Virus record (IMG/VR): IMGVR_UViG_3300035704_000005
Direction: 5' to 3' (one strand)
DNA from: an uncultured virus (IMG/VR IMGVR_UViG_3300035704_000005)
Taxonomy: Duplodnaviria > Heunggongvirae > Uroviricota > Caudoviricetes
DNA: 64,000 nt
A model generated the notes under the pieces. That model made no database searches, was not told where the DNA came from, and saw nothing but the letters and a program-made list of their open reading frames with translations. Shown here piece after piece: positions 51,243 to 60,783 of the stretch. Position 1 is the stretch's first letter, and the number at the start of each line of letters is the position of its first letter. The translations under genes were made by a program, and so were the position numbers.

Positions 51243-52191
51243 GTACTACACCGTAGGGAGTTGATCGGAAATGCCCACTCCTGCTGAATGGGCACGCACT
51301 TGGCGACACTCGGCTGATGAAGCTTTACGCCGGGGTGATCATGACGAGCACGAACGACACGAATATCTCGCCGACCAAAACGCCAATGCAGATGCGCGAG
51401 GAGACAGAGAACGTTTCGCACGCAATCAAAGCAGATGGTGGTGATCTGAGATGTCACGCTGCCCGAAATGTGGGTGCAAGGGTGGAGACCACCTTATTGA
51501 TTGCCCAAACGGCTAAGGGAGGTGCAATGAGAGGTTGTGGTTGCGATCCCTACCGCGGCATCATATGTGATGAGCATATGAGCGAGGAGTAATCAGGAAA
51601 GGAGGTGATGAAATTGGTATATGGAGTCGTTTTGAAGACTACTGCGAAGCTTCACAGAACGAAGAGGATTACGGTAGGCACCGTGATGAAAGAGGAGAAG
51701 ATACTAACACTCAGCACGGAACTGACTTAGCCCACCGCACCGACGAAACGCGCGCTTGGTGGCGTGCGTAGTTTTAGGTGGGTGTTATCGGACAAAGGAG
51801 GTGATTACGTGAATGAATGGGGTGACAGGTGTTGCAGCAAGTGGCCTCACTGCAAATGCAACACCGGAGGTTTGCCGAGGATTGGAGTAGAGATCGGCTG
51901 AAGCACACGGCGAGAAGAATAATTACGAAAGGAGGTAGCAGAATGTTCGGTAGAACCGATCCTGAGGATGTTGAAGCCTATAATCGCGCGTCAACTACCC
52001 ATGACCAGCGGAATGCGGAGGTACGTGGCGCTCGCATGCTGACCCGCAGGAGCGTCTCGATTGCATTCGGACGTCCGACGAGCGGCGATAGTTGAAGATC
52101 AGTACTGCTAGACAAAAAGAGAGGAGGGGCAACCGTGATTGGTCCTGATGACATGGGCGACGACGACACGTACCTGATCGAGATCCCGTAG
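51209..52191 (+). other. array of micro-ORFs with strong Shine-Dalgarno sites
   Basis: Six ORFs of 13-50 aa, each behind an AAAGGAG(GT)-type site. Confidence 0.55.
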
Positions 52192-52208
52192 AATTATCCA
52201 TGTTCGAG

Positions 52209-52308
52209 TGGTGGGCCAGACAGCCGGGATACGAGAGGGGAAGTCTCTAAGAGCCGGGGCAAGTGCGGTAGAGAAACCTAGGTTTCTCAGGGCTGTTTGG
52301 CCGCGCCA
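52209..52308 (+). ncRNA. candidate multi-branch RNA / terminator structure
   Basis: 17-bp closing stem with one bulge enclosing hairpins, including the 18-bp palindrome GAGAAACCTAGGTTTCTC. Confidence 0.4.
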
Positions 52309-52334
52309 GGTACTTACCCCGGACCCCACCACCC

Positions 52335-52733
52335 TCACCTTCCGTGTCGCCTTCGATGCTGCATCGATCGGCCGTGCGGAGTCCGGCGCCACGGCCGCGC
52401 GACAGATAGCCACACGAGCCCCCAGAGGGTCAGCAGGCCGATGTACGGAGCGCCGGGTATCTGCCAGCCTGCCAGCGAGGCCAGCCCCAGCGCAGCAAGC
52501 AAGCCATAGCCGACGAGCTTGGCCACCACCCACCAGTACCGGACTAGGCCGACTTGGCTGGCCAGCGCCAGCATGAGCCCGGTTACCAGTGCGGTCGCTG
52601 CTGCACCGACCAGATAACCCCGCAGATCCTCCCTCGGCAGCACTATCTGTGCCGCCACCAGAGCAAACCAACCAGCCGCCGCAAGGATGTGCCAGGTAAG
52701 GATCACATTGTGCAGCGGCCGAGGTAGCCGCAT
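52335..52733 (-). CDS. membrane protein (DUF2269-like)
   Basis: L..HI....GW, TGL.LAL.S..GL.RYWWV..KL, ARPW..T. Confidence 0.7.
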   Translation of the reverse strand: MRLPRPLHNVILTWHILAAAGWFALVAAQIVLPREDLRGYLVGAAATALVTGLMLALASQVGLVRYWWVVAKLVGYGLLAALGLASLAGWQIPGAPYIGLLTLWGLVWLSVARPWRRTPHGRSMQHRRRHGR

Positions 52734-52739
52734 GACGGC

Positions 52740-53750
52740 TTAGCCTGAGCGGCCAACAGCTACGTACGCCTCCCCCGGCGCGGCGTAGTTCAATGTCACC
52801 CCAACACACCCAGCTGGCGCTGCGTACTCAGGGCTTGGCATGTGGGCAGGCAGCACCAGACCCCCACCGCCTGCGACTAGACCGGCGTTGACCGGTACGA
52901 GCTTGCCACTCTGCATAATCCAGCTGGCCAAAAGAAGATATCCGCGGGCTGTGTCTATAGTTCTGCCTGGCCAATCCTGTGCACCGAAACTAAAAGCCGC
53001 TCCGCCTTCCCAGCCGCCTGTCACATTCCACACAACATCGAAATTGCGCTCAGTCCAGTTCTTTGGCGCGCTGGCCAGATCACTCGGCACAGGTGTTGCA
53101 GGAAGCCTGATCACGTCGGCCGCCTCCTTGATCTTAGATAGTACGCCGCCGGGATGCTGGCCGAAATCCAGTTGCCGGGCTTCGTTGATATCACACGGCA
53201 CACCATTAACTACGGCGCCTGTGAGGCGCTGAAATAGGTGTGCCCGAGGGTCAACCTGGCGGCTGCCATCCGGGTTAGTCGGCGACCATGCAGAGGCCTG
53301 CCAAGCCCAGCGCGCGGTGCCATTATCGAGGCACCGCTTCACCACCCAGTAGCCACCGTAGACACCAACGCGGGCAGGGCCGATGACGTCGGCCGCTCCT
53401 GTGAGGTAGTCATCAATGGCAGCTTGCTGAGCCGGTGCAGCATCCCAATCAGCCGAGAAGTAAATTGGCCGGTCTGCCGGGTGCCCGAGAGCCGAACACA
53501 CGGCAGCGGCTGCCAGAGCATCACTGCGGCCTGCTGCACGGCCGCCCAGCATCCTGGTTGCCGAGGTCTCCCAATTGCACACCACTGCTACGCCCGTGCG
53601 CTGGAGGTCGGCGTACTCGTCCGCGGTGAGCAGCTTGCCGGGCAGCCCTGGGCCGCCGGAGCTGAGGTAGCGCACAACGAACTGGTATCCGTTCGCCACG
53701 ATGGCCGCGCCACCTGGGCGCCCACCTGCGTAATCGAGGCCGAGGATCAT
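52740..53750 (-). CDS. endolysin, DUF1906 (GH25-like) glycoside hydrolase
   Basis: LDYA...VVRYLS...WE...G..DA..A...PIYFS.DWD...RVGVYGG...WQ..AWS. Confidence 0.85.
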   Translation of the reverse strand: MILGLDYAGGRPGGAAIVANGYQFVVRYLSSGGPGLPGKLLTADEYADLQRTGVAVVCNWETSATRMLGGRAAGRSDALAAAAVCSALGHPADRPIYFSADWDAAPAQQAAIDDYLTGAADVIGPARVGVYGGYWVVKRCLDNGTARWAWQASAWSPTNPDGSRQVDPRAHLFQRLTGAVVNGVPCDINEARQLDFGQHPGGVLSKIKEAADVIRLPATPVPSDLASAPKNWTERNFDVVWNVTGGWEGGAAFSFGAQDWPGRTIDTARGYLLLASWIMQSGKLVPVNAGLVAGGGGLVLPAHMPSPEYAAPAGCVGVTLNYAAPGEAYVAVGRSG

Positions 53751-53842
53751 CGGCTTACCCCTTGTTTTTATCCTTCCCGAGTAGCTTCTTAATCAGCTTC
53801 CATTCGGTGAGCCACTTGATGATTTTTGAAATCATGACCGCC

Positions 53843-54340
53843 TCACGTCCCAGGAACTACGTGCTTGACACCACAATCTAAGTTATCGGCGCTCTTTTGT
53901 AGCACCAAATACAGCTGGTCATACTGGGCGGCCCCGCCAGTAAATTTATCTCTGGCTGCCGGGCTGTAGAAGTTGATGAATGTGCCGTACAGATTGCAAG
54001 TCTCGTGGATACTCGTAGCCAATCGAGCTTGCTGGGCTTGCAACTGGGAAATAAGCGCATCATTCTGGTGACTCACACTGTAAACGTTAATACCAAGGAT
54101 GAGGCCTGCAACCGTGACGAGAATATCAAAGACAACAAACCCCGCACCGCCCTTGAGCCAAGCCCATGTGCTCTTCTGCTCTTGCTGGAGTTTCGTGACC
54201 TCAGGGGTAAGCTCGGCAATCGTCTTCCGCAGCTGCTCCATTCGATCGGTAATAGCACTCTCAGGTCCCACAACGGTGGCAGGAGATGCTTCTACAGCTT
54301 CCGGGCTAACGTGCGGGTCGGCAGGCGTTGTCATCTTCAC
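53843..54340 (-). CDS. membrane protein of the lysis cassette
   Basis: Coiled coil, TM helix, extracellular domain with two Cys. Confidence 0.7.
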   Translation of the reverse strand: MKMTTPADPHVSPEAVEASPATVVGPESAITDRMEQLRKTIAELTPEVTKLQQEQKSTWAWLKGGAGFVVFDILVTVAGLILGINVYSVSHQNDALISQLQAQQARLATSIHETCNLYGTFINFYSPAARDKFTGGAAQYDQLYLVLQKSADNLDCGVKHVVPGT

Positions 54341-54533
54341 CCCTACGTGTCTTAGCGTGCTCTACTTCTCGCCGTAGAGCTACGACAGTTTCATCTATTT
54401 GATCCATCAACTCAGCTAGTTTCTTCCGAGTTTGAAGAGATATTTCGATCGTTTCTTCTTGGGCAGTTAGCCTTGCAGCCTGTGCACTATCCTCTTCATC
54501 GGGGCTCCTATTTCCTTGCTCTGGAATGGTCAT
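54306..54533 (-). CDS. small coiled-coil protein
   Basis: ATGA overlap in the late operon. Confidence 0.65.
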   Translation of the reverse strand: MTIPEQGNRSPDEEDSAQAARLTAQEETIEISLQTRKKLAELMDQIDETVVALRREVEHAKTRRGEDDNACRPAR

Positions 54534-54784
54534 TGCAACCTTCTTATCTCGGTAGTGGCGTCGCTCATGACGGATCGTGCGGCAATACCGAGGGCCAGGT
54601 ACTTCTGGATTTCGTCATTCAACGATTTGACCTCGGCCTCAAACCTGTCTGCCCGCGCATTGGCATCTTTAAGGTTTTTCATCAACTGGAGATACATAAC
54701 CCCAACGGCGAATAGCAATACCGCGATGAAAACCCCAGCCAGGCCGTACTTACTAAAGAATCCGAGGAGGTCACTTAAGCCCAT
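54530..54784 (-). CDS. holin-like membrane protein
   Basis: One TM helix then a coiled coil; between tail and lysin genes. Confidence 0.65.
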   Translation of the reverse strand: MGLSDLLGFFSKYGLAGVFIAVLLFAVGVMYLQLMKNLKDANARADRFEAEVKSLNDEIQKYLALGIAARSVMSDATTEIRRLQ

Positions 54785-54796
54785 CGGCCGACCTCT

Positions 54797-55609
54797 CTAT
54801 TGGGCGGCACTCTCCAAGTGGGCTACCCTATTTTCTAGCTCAGTCGTCCGGTGTCGTTCCTCTCGAAGAGCCGCCCAGAGCACCCCAATAAGATCCTGCA
54901 TCCCATAACCGCGGTTCTTGACGCCTCGCACGAGCCAAGGCGCATGCAGGGCAAGGTCATCAACCATCGGTCCGGCATGCTCGTCGGCGTCATCTCGGAG
55001 CTTCCGGCGCCACTTCCACCGATAGGACGGCACTGCGTCTATCAGCTCTCCTGCCGAGAATTCGTGTATATTTTCTTTGAGTCGCCGCTCGGATGGAGTG
55101 ATAACGTGCCCGAATAAAGCCCAGTTGTCACCCGTCACTCCAACATCTCCATGCTGCACACCGAAGTGCCCGGTACTGAACACGTTAAGTGCGTTGATTT
55201 GGTTTTGAGTGGTTCCGTCACCCACGGGGCCGTAGTGAAAGCCGAAGGCATTACCATGCAAATCTCCGTAGTGGTTATGCGCCTCGGTCGGTGTACCTAC
55301 GTCGCCATGATGGATACCGGTAGTGTCGCCAGTAACCGGCCCATTGAAGTTCTTAGATGAGATAGGCCTAAGATCTCGGCCTACCCCATCAGTGACCGCA
55401 ACAGCCCCGCCGGACAACGACAAAGACACGTCATGATCTCGCGCTCCCAGTACAGGGTTCTCAGCCCCTGGCACCATATGAAGCACATTGTCGCTATTAT
55501 CTCGCATCTGATCAGACGGCCGACTAACCGCACGGGTTAGCTCGTTTATCTGCCGCTGCATGTTCGCAAAACGCTCTAATAGACTATCGAGTGTGGGAGT
55601 GACCGGCAT
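54797..55609 (-). CDS. tail fibre with intramolecular chaperone (peptidase S74-like) domain
   Basis: HGDV/HYG beta repeats; SERRLKENI...Y.WK...G.M..DL...LW.AL.E. Confidence 0.78.
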   Translation of the reverse strand: MPVTPTLDSLLERFANMQRQINELTRAVSRPSDQMRDNSDNVLHMVPGAENPVLGARDHDVSLSLSGGAVAVTDGVGRDLRPISSKNFNGPVTGDTTGIHHGDVGTPTEAHNHYGDLHGNAFGFHYGPVGDGTTQNQINALNVFSTGHFGVQHGDVGVTGDNWALFGHVITPSERRLKENIHEFSAGELIDAVPSYRWKWRRKLRDDADEHAGPMVDDLALHAPWLVRGVKNRGYGMQDLIGVLWAALREERHRTTELENRVAHLESAAQ

Positions 55610-55610
55610 G

Positions 55611-58600
55611 CTAGAGACTCCCTACTGGTAGCGGGTTAGTATCTGTGATAGTCACCCAGGGCTTCTCAGTGCCGCTTAGCCCAGCAATGCGTCTCGTGTA
55701 CAGCCCATCAGGAACAATCGGGTCATTACGAACATCAATCGAGAAATCTTCGCCTACCCGGTAAGTGCCAACCATGGGGTCAGAGTCCGCGGGCACCGCA
55801 GTTTGGAAAGCCACCACAGGCTGTTTATACGCGGTGAGCGCGGCATTGCTCTTGGTCAGTAGAATCGGATAAGAGATCTCTGAGGTGTTCGAGTTGTCCA
55901 CCTCTTCGAGCATGGGCCACCCGATGTTGAGCAAGCTCGCATCCTGCGAGTGGGCAATCAGCCGGTCTCGCGACTGCCCAGAGCCAGGAGTCCACACCCC
56001 GAAAGCCATATTTGAGCCATCACCGTTGAGTCCGATGATGGAATTGACATCCGAGTCAAACACCCAGGCTGTAGTGTTGCGGCCTAGATGCGGGTTTCCT
56101 ATCTGCATCACCCAAGTCAGGTAATCTCCGTCAGCACCGGCCGCGATTCTAGGGTCAAATCGAATCTCTGGCCCATCGGCCTCGGTCATGAGGGCTTTCA
56201 GTTTGTCCCAGGTGTTCGCCAATTCGTACCCGTAATAAATACGAGCATCCAACCCAGAACCGCCCGGATCAACAACGGTGATCGGCAGGTTGTAGCCGAC
56301 GCCTACCATGGCTTGATTTACCAAGGCTGCGGCTACGTGGGGTTTTGTTGCGCTGGGTCCGAAGGTGGTATCAGCTGTTGGATCGACAGCCGAGATAGCG
56401 CCTGGCGCGATAAGCGGACGCTTGGTGAATATCTTGCCGATTTCAGCGCCGTTTACCGTGATCTTGCTGGGAACTGGACGAGCCACACCCAGATACGGTC
56501 CGGCCCAAACAACATTGTTTCCCCACTTCAGCACCAAGGAGAATCGCCATGGCCCGCTGAGGATCTCGCGTAGCATAATCCTGGGGTCACGCTCGTCTTG
56601 GTCTGATAGAGTATCCCAGGTATTCTCTACCGAGAGATCTGCCTGTATTGTGCCCACATCGTTGAGCTTGCTAGACCAGCTCGTAGTTTCCATGGGCAAT
56701 TCCCACATCATCCGCCCGGTACGGGTGTCGGCCACCCAGAGTGCGTAACTCGGAGCCACCAGCGGAGACACCGGGATGTAAGGCGGTTTGCTGGGCAAGA
56801 TAGCCAGTAGCACTTCACCAACTGGCCCGCTGTATCGAGCCCCAGCCGGTGAGGCTGTGCCCGCGATGACATCGGCACCGACACCGATGGAGATAAGCCC
56901 GGCTGGCCCGAGATACCGGGCGGCCGAGGGTGAGCTTGCTGCGAGCGGAAGATCTATGCCCATAGAGCCGTCAGGCCCGTAGTACCGCACTCCTGTAGGC
57001 GAGTCGCTGAGGATTGCAACGACTAGACCAGCTGGGCCGCCATCGCGCTCGGCCGAAGGAGTATCGGACAGCACGATATCGATGGCCAGCCCGCCGTCAG
57101 GGCCTGCAAATCGCGTACCGCTCGCTGCGTCCCCTGCAACCACGATTCCCAGGGCCAGCAGGCCGTCAGGACCGCAGTACCGGCTACCCGTGGGTGAGTC
57201 GGTAAGAGCGACTCCGCCCGCGGCAGCTGCGTCTACAGAGCCGTCTGGCCCGTAGTAGCGACCAGCGGAGGGGCTATCCGTCAGGGCTAGACCAAGGGCC
57301 ACGGACCCAACTGGGCCAGCGCATCGCACACCACTTGGCCGGTCGGTGATGCTGAGATCGACAGCGACCAAGCCGTCAGGCCCGTAGAACCGCACCGCGG
57401 ACGGCATATCCGGCCCCAGGGAAACCCCTAGGCTGGCCGTGCCATCTGGGCCGTAGTCCCGCTCTGCCGAGGGGCTATCCGTCAGGGTTACCCCGATGGC
57501 TAAAGAGCCGTCAGGGCCGGACTGGCGGGCCGCGGTGGGAGTGTCCGTGAGGATGGTGGCGATGACCAGCACGCCGTCCGGCCCGCTGCTGCGCTGCGCG
57601 GCAGGGGTGTCCCCGGCTAGCGCAACGCTGAACCCGGATCCGGTCGGCCCCGCGGCGCGTTGCGCGCTCGGAGTGTCACCAGTAATGCTGTTAGGTGTGT
57701 TCGCCTGCCGTGAAGGCGAGTCTCCGTCAGTTAACCCATTATCCCAAGACCACCCGGTACTGTCGCCATCGTTATAGCTCGTTATCGAGCTAACAATGTC
57801 GTAATAAGCACAAGCGACATCGAAGGTATCGCCAGACGTTGCAGTACCTTCGATGGACATTCCCACAAAAGCTGTGTTAGCCGGAGCGGTGTACCCGGAG
57901 AACTGGATTGCCTGTGCTGTGCTAGAAAGCGTGACATTCTGCGAAGGGTTTGGAGTGAGGAAGCTTCCGTTAGCATCAGTGAAATTCAACCAGCATGTTG
58001 TGGTGTTACCTGGGGTAATTGTTCCTTTGGCCTCGACGTAGATAGACCACGTCTCCCCAACACTTGCTGGCGCAACTGGGAGATTGATGTTTGGGTCACT
58101 AGCAACACCAGCAGAACCACCAACGACGACATGCAAACCGGTTGGGCGGCTAAATCCAGTCTCGGCAGGCTGAGTAACTGTTGTCCCGGCTGCCGTAAAC
58201 CAAAAATCTTGGTAAGTCTTGGCTGTCGGGTTCCAACAACGGTTAGCATTTGATGTAGGTGGGGTTACCAGCACATGATTAGGATCAGAAAACTGCACCC
58301 AACCAAAGCCTGTAGTTACATCAGAACCTTGCGAAGCACCATTGGCAACCAAGTCCCGGAAGAATTGGTTACCGCCGTAATTCATAGTTCCGGTGAATGA
58401 CGTTGTGACGCTGTTCTGTGCCTGGTAACCTATTTCTACGACAACACGGTCGCCAGCCTGCACTGCCACAGTACTGATTGCTACGTCTAGTGCCGAGATG
58501 CCCGCTGCGGTAGTGGTGAATTCAACGGTTCCGGTGTTGTTAGTTAGTAGCGTTCCGCGTGGGGTGTCCGTACTCCCTGACGTAACGTACATGTGAACGC

Positions 58601-58889
58601 GCAGAAAATCATTGGCGCTGAGGCTGGATTCTTTGACACCGACTGCCCAGGAAACAACACCAGAAAGGTTCCCAGCTGCCACTGCAGGCGCAGAGATCCA
58701 CCTACCCCATAGCACGTTATATGGGTTGGTGGTGACCGCTTCTGCTATAGCCACTGTAGTAGGTGCACCCGCATCATGCACGGCACCCAGCAGCTTGGTA
58801 ACGGCGCTAGTAGTAGTGCTCCATGTGCCTCGGATAGTAGGGGGTGTGTAAGGGGCCGCTGTGTTATTGAAATAGAGCCGTGTAGCCAC
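55611..58889 (-). CDS. large minor tail protein (beta domains + 13 repeats + C-terminal Tal-like domain)
   Basis: 1092 aa; repeats D.P...R..GPDG; C-terminal ADTRTG....ELP...WS..LN..G...WAGP...GWP.LE pattern. Confidence 0.8.
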   Translation of the reverse strand: MATRLYFNNTAAPYTPPTIRGTWSTTTSAVTKLLGAVHDAGAPTTVAIAEAVTTNPYNVLWGRWISAPAVAAGNLSGVVSWAVGVKESSLSANDFLRVHMYVTSGSTDTPRGTLLTNNTGTVEFTTTAAGISALDVAISTVAVQAGDRVVVEIGYQAQNSVTTSFTGTMNYGGNQFFRDLVANGASQGSDVTTGFGWVQFSDPNHVLVTPPTSNANRCWNPTAKTYQDFWFTAAGTTVTQPAETGFSRPTGLHVVVGGSAGVASDPNINLPVAPASVGETWSIYVEAKGTITPGNTTTCWLNFTDANGSFLTPNPSQNVTLSSTAQAIQFSGYTAPANTAFVGMSIEGTATSGDTFDVACAYYDIVSSITSYNDGDSTGWSWDNGLTDGDSPSRQANTPNSITGDTPSAQRAAGPTGSGFSVALAGDTPAAQRSSGPDGVLVIATILTDTPTAARQSGPDGSLAIGVTLTDSPSAERDYGPDGTASLGVSLGPDMPSAVRFYGPDGLVAVDLSITDRPSGVRCAGPVGSVALGLALTDSPSAGRYYGPDGSVDAAAAGGVALTDSPTGSRYCGPDGLLALGIVVAGDAASGTRFAGPDGGLAIDIVLSDTPSAERDGGPAGLVVAILSDSPTGVRYYGPDGSMGIDLPLAASSPSAARYLGPAGLISIGVGADVIAGTASPAGARYSGPVGEVLLAILPSKPPYIPVSPLVAPSYALWVADTRTGRMMWELPMETTSWSSKLNDVGTIQADLSVENTWDTLSDQDERDPRIMLREILSGPWRFSLVLKWGNNVVWAGPYLGVARPVPSKITVNGAEIGKIFTKRPLIAPGAISAVDPTADTTFGPSATKPHVAAALVNQAMVGVGYNLPITVVDPGGSGLDARIYYGYELANTWDKLKALMTEADGPEIRFDPRIAAGADGDYLTWVMQIGNPHLGRNTTAWVFDSDVNSIIGLNGDGSNMAFGVWTPGSGQSRDRLIAHSQDASLLNIGWPMLEEVDNSNTSEISYPILLTKSNAALTAYKQPVVAFQTAVPADSDPMVGTYRVGEDFSIDVRNDPIVPDGLYTRRIAGLSGTEKPWVTITDTNPLPVGSL
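56800..57680 (-). repeat. 13 tandem ~22-aa coding repeats
   Basis: Consensus (T/S/G)D(S/T)P(S/T)(A/G)xRxxGPDGxhxhxhxh read from the translation. Confidence 0.85.
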
Positions 58890-58918
58890 GCACGGCCCCC
58901 TTCACAGATGAGTACTTA

Positions 58919-59545
58919 TTACGGCACAAAGATATGAGCGATGCCCTGAGCGTTGAAATTGTAGGTAAATGCACCGCCTTGGCCCGTTTTGTCTGAACCG
59001 AAGTCGAAGTACCCTATGAGCGGTTGAGTTGCTGCGGTGCCCGGCGTGCGGTCCGAGAGGACTAAGTACCGGCAAGGACCAAAGGTGGCCGTCGCCCAGC
59101 TCGGACTGGTGGCGTTGAAGGCGATGATGCCGGACCCCACACACTCCCAGGTAACTCCACCATCGGTCACGGTCGTACCGACGACGGTAGGCCAGGTAGG
59201 AGCGGAAGTGCTGGACGTGCCAGCGACTGCACAGCGGTAGAGGAACCCGTTGCCGGAGGCAGGCCGGATGACGAAATCGAGCGCGTAGGCCGTGCTCGCT
59301 GTCCAAGTCGTAGACCAAGAATTAGCCGCGGTGTAGGTGCAAGTACAGCTGGCCAGCGTGAGCCCGCCAACTGTGTACCCGTTGGCTGTCGTCAGCTCAT
59401 TGCTCAAGTCGGAAACATAAGCGTGAGTATCTTTGCTGGGTGAATAAGTCACTGTGTGTAGAGTTGCTTTAATCGTGTCCGTGGTAAATGCAATTTCCTT
59501 ATTCCAAGCCTTTACCGGAGCTTGGCGGAACCAGTTAAAGCTCAC
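58919..59545 (-). CDS. minor tail protein
   Basis: D..K..L...E..ANGYT.GG..L, W.ASTAY, YRC..AGTS...PTW..TDGGVTW. Confidence 0.78.
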   Translation of the reverse strand: MSFNWFRQAPVKAWNKEIAFTTDTIKATLHTVTYSPSKDTHAYVSDLSNELTTANGYTVGGLTLASCTCTYTAANSWSTTWTASTAYALDFVIRPASGNGFLYRCAVAGTSSTSAPTWPTVVGTTVTDGGVTWECVGSGIIAFNATSPSWATATFGPCRYLVLSDRTPGTAATQPLIGYFDFGSDKTGQGGAFTYNFNAQGIAHIFVP

Positions 59546-59584
59546 TGTGCCTCATCTCATTAGGCCGCAGCGGGCCTGTCATCA

Positions 59585-60772
59585 CTACTGGATTTCGATT
59601 GTCCCTGCAATAGTCAACACCGCAGCTGGCCCGTCACTGAAAGCTCCTGAGATGTTCGGCGTACCTGTGCCCACACCTGTCACTCCGCCATAGCCTTGCA
59701 CCGCCAACTCCCAGATGCTTGCATTAGCTGGGCCGATCGGGAATCGAGGGGCCAAACCATTAGAGTTAGGGCCGATGTAACAAAGCCCAGCCCAGACTGT
59801 CTTAGTTACAGAGCCGCTGTACCACAAGCACGGAATGTGAGTTTCGCCAAGATTTCGAGATACGAAACCAGGAGGTAATGTGGTGTTGATCGGCCCGGCG
59901 CCTCCACTAAATCCCGAACTACCCCAGGTAAATGTATAGGCAATATCGAGTCGTTTACCCTGCTGCAAATACCGACCGACGACGCTACCCCCGGTACCGA
60001 GGACGACGGTTCCCGCAGAAATACCCCCAGCTCCGTTGCAATGCAGCACAGGTGACCAGCTAGACCACACAGCAGGCGAGGCAATGACAAGCCACGCCGT
60101 GCCGTCCCAACCTTCGTAGTTCTTGTTATTCATGTTGTATCGGACTTGCCCCGGATACGCGCCAATCCGCGTGTCCTGAGCAGACATCGGATAAATGCCA
60201 CCCTGGGCCGCTACAAATATCCGCCGGTCCGAGATGTCCGAGTTAAGAATGCTTGTTGTGTTCGCTCGGACAGTCACAGCCGCTAAAACAATGTCCCCAT
60301 CGGTGAGCTGGCCGACCGGCTCAGCCGGGCTGCCGCCGGGCGTGCCAGATAGCACAATCGCGTCGTAGGTGCGCACAGACGAACCCACACCGTCAATGCC
60401 CAGGTCTCGCACCCGCATACAGACGTAATCGATACGGGGGTTGGTGTTCGACGCAGGAATCGTGACTGAGAAAGCTGCATTGCTCGTGCCGATGTACGGC
60501 CCGCCGGAAGCCCGGTTAATAATCAGCTGACCCGGCTGCACAAGAACCGTCATGTTGGCCGAGGGGCTCGCCTGCGACACCAAGTAGTCGGTAATCGAAG
60601 CTGCGTTCGAGTCGCCCGGAAACACACCAGCAGCCCACTGGAAGGTTTGAGCCGGAGCAGGCTGAGAAAGGGCTCCTGCGGCGTACCTGAATGCCTGAGC
60701 GGTATCGCCATTGTTGTTCGTAGTGTCTTTGTCTATGTAGCCCGGCTGCTGATGGGGTGAGATGTTAGCCAT
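59585..60772 (-). CDS. minor tail protein
   Basis: MTV.VQPG...NPRID.V...GTP...P..P...LA.V.V.AN...I.D.R. Confidence 0.8.
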   Translation of the reverse strand: MANISPHQQPGYIDKDTTNNNGDTAQAFRYAAGALSQPAPAQTFQWAAGVFPGDSNAASITDYLVSQASPSANMTVLVQPGQLIINRASGGPYIGTSNAAFSVTIPASNTNPRIDYVCMRVRDLGIDGVGSSVRTYDAIVLSGTPGGSPAEPVGQLTDGDIVLAAVTVRANTTSILNSDISDRRIFVAAQGGIYPMSAQDTRIGAYPGQVRYNMNNKNYEGWDGTAWLVIASPAVWSSWSPVLHCNGAGGISAGTVVLGTGGSVVGRYLQQGKRLDIAYTFTWGSSGFSGGAGPINTTLPPGFVSRNLGETHIPCLWYSGSVTKTVWAGLCYIGPNSNGLAPRFPIGPANASIWELAVQGYGGVTGVGTGTPNISGAFSDGPAAVLTIAGTIEIQ

Positions 60773-60783
60773 ATATGGACCTT

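Noticed and set aside
51263..51340. Hammerhead ribozyme (GAAA, stem, CTGATGA)
   Set aside because: The base after stem III is C rather than the required U of UH, and stems I and II cannot be formed next to the core.
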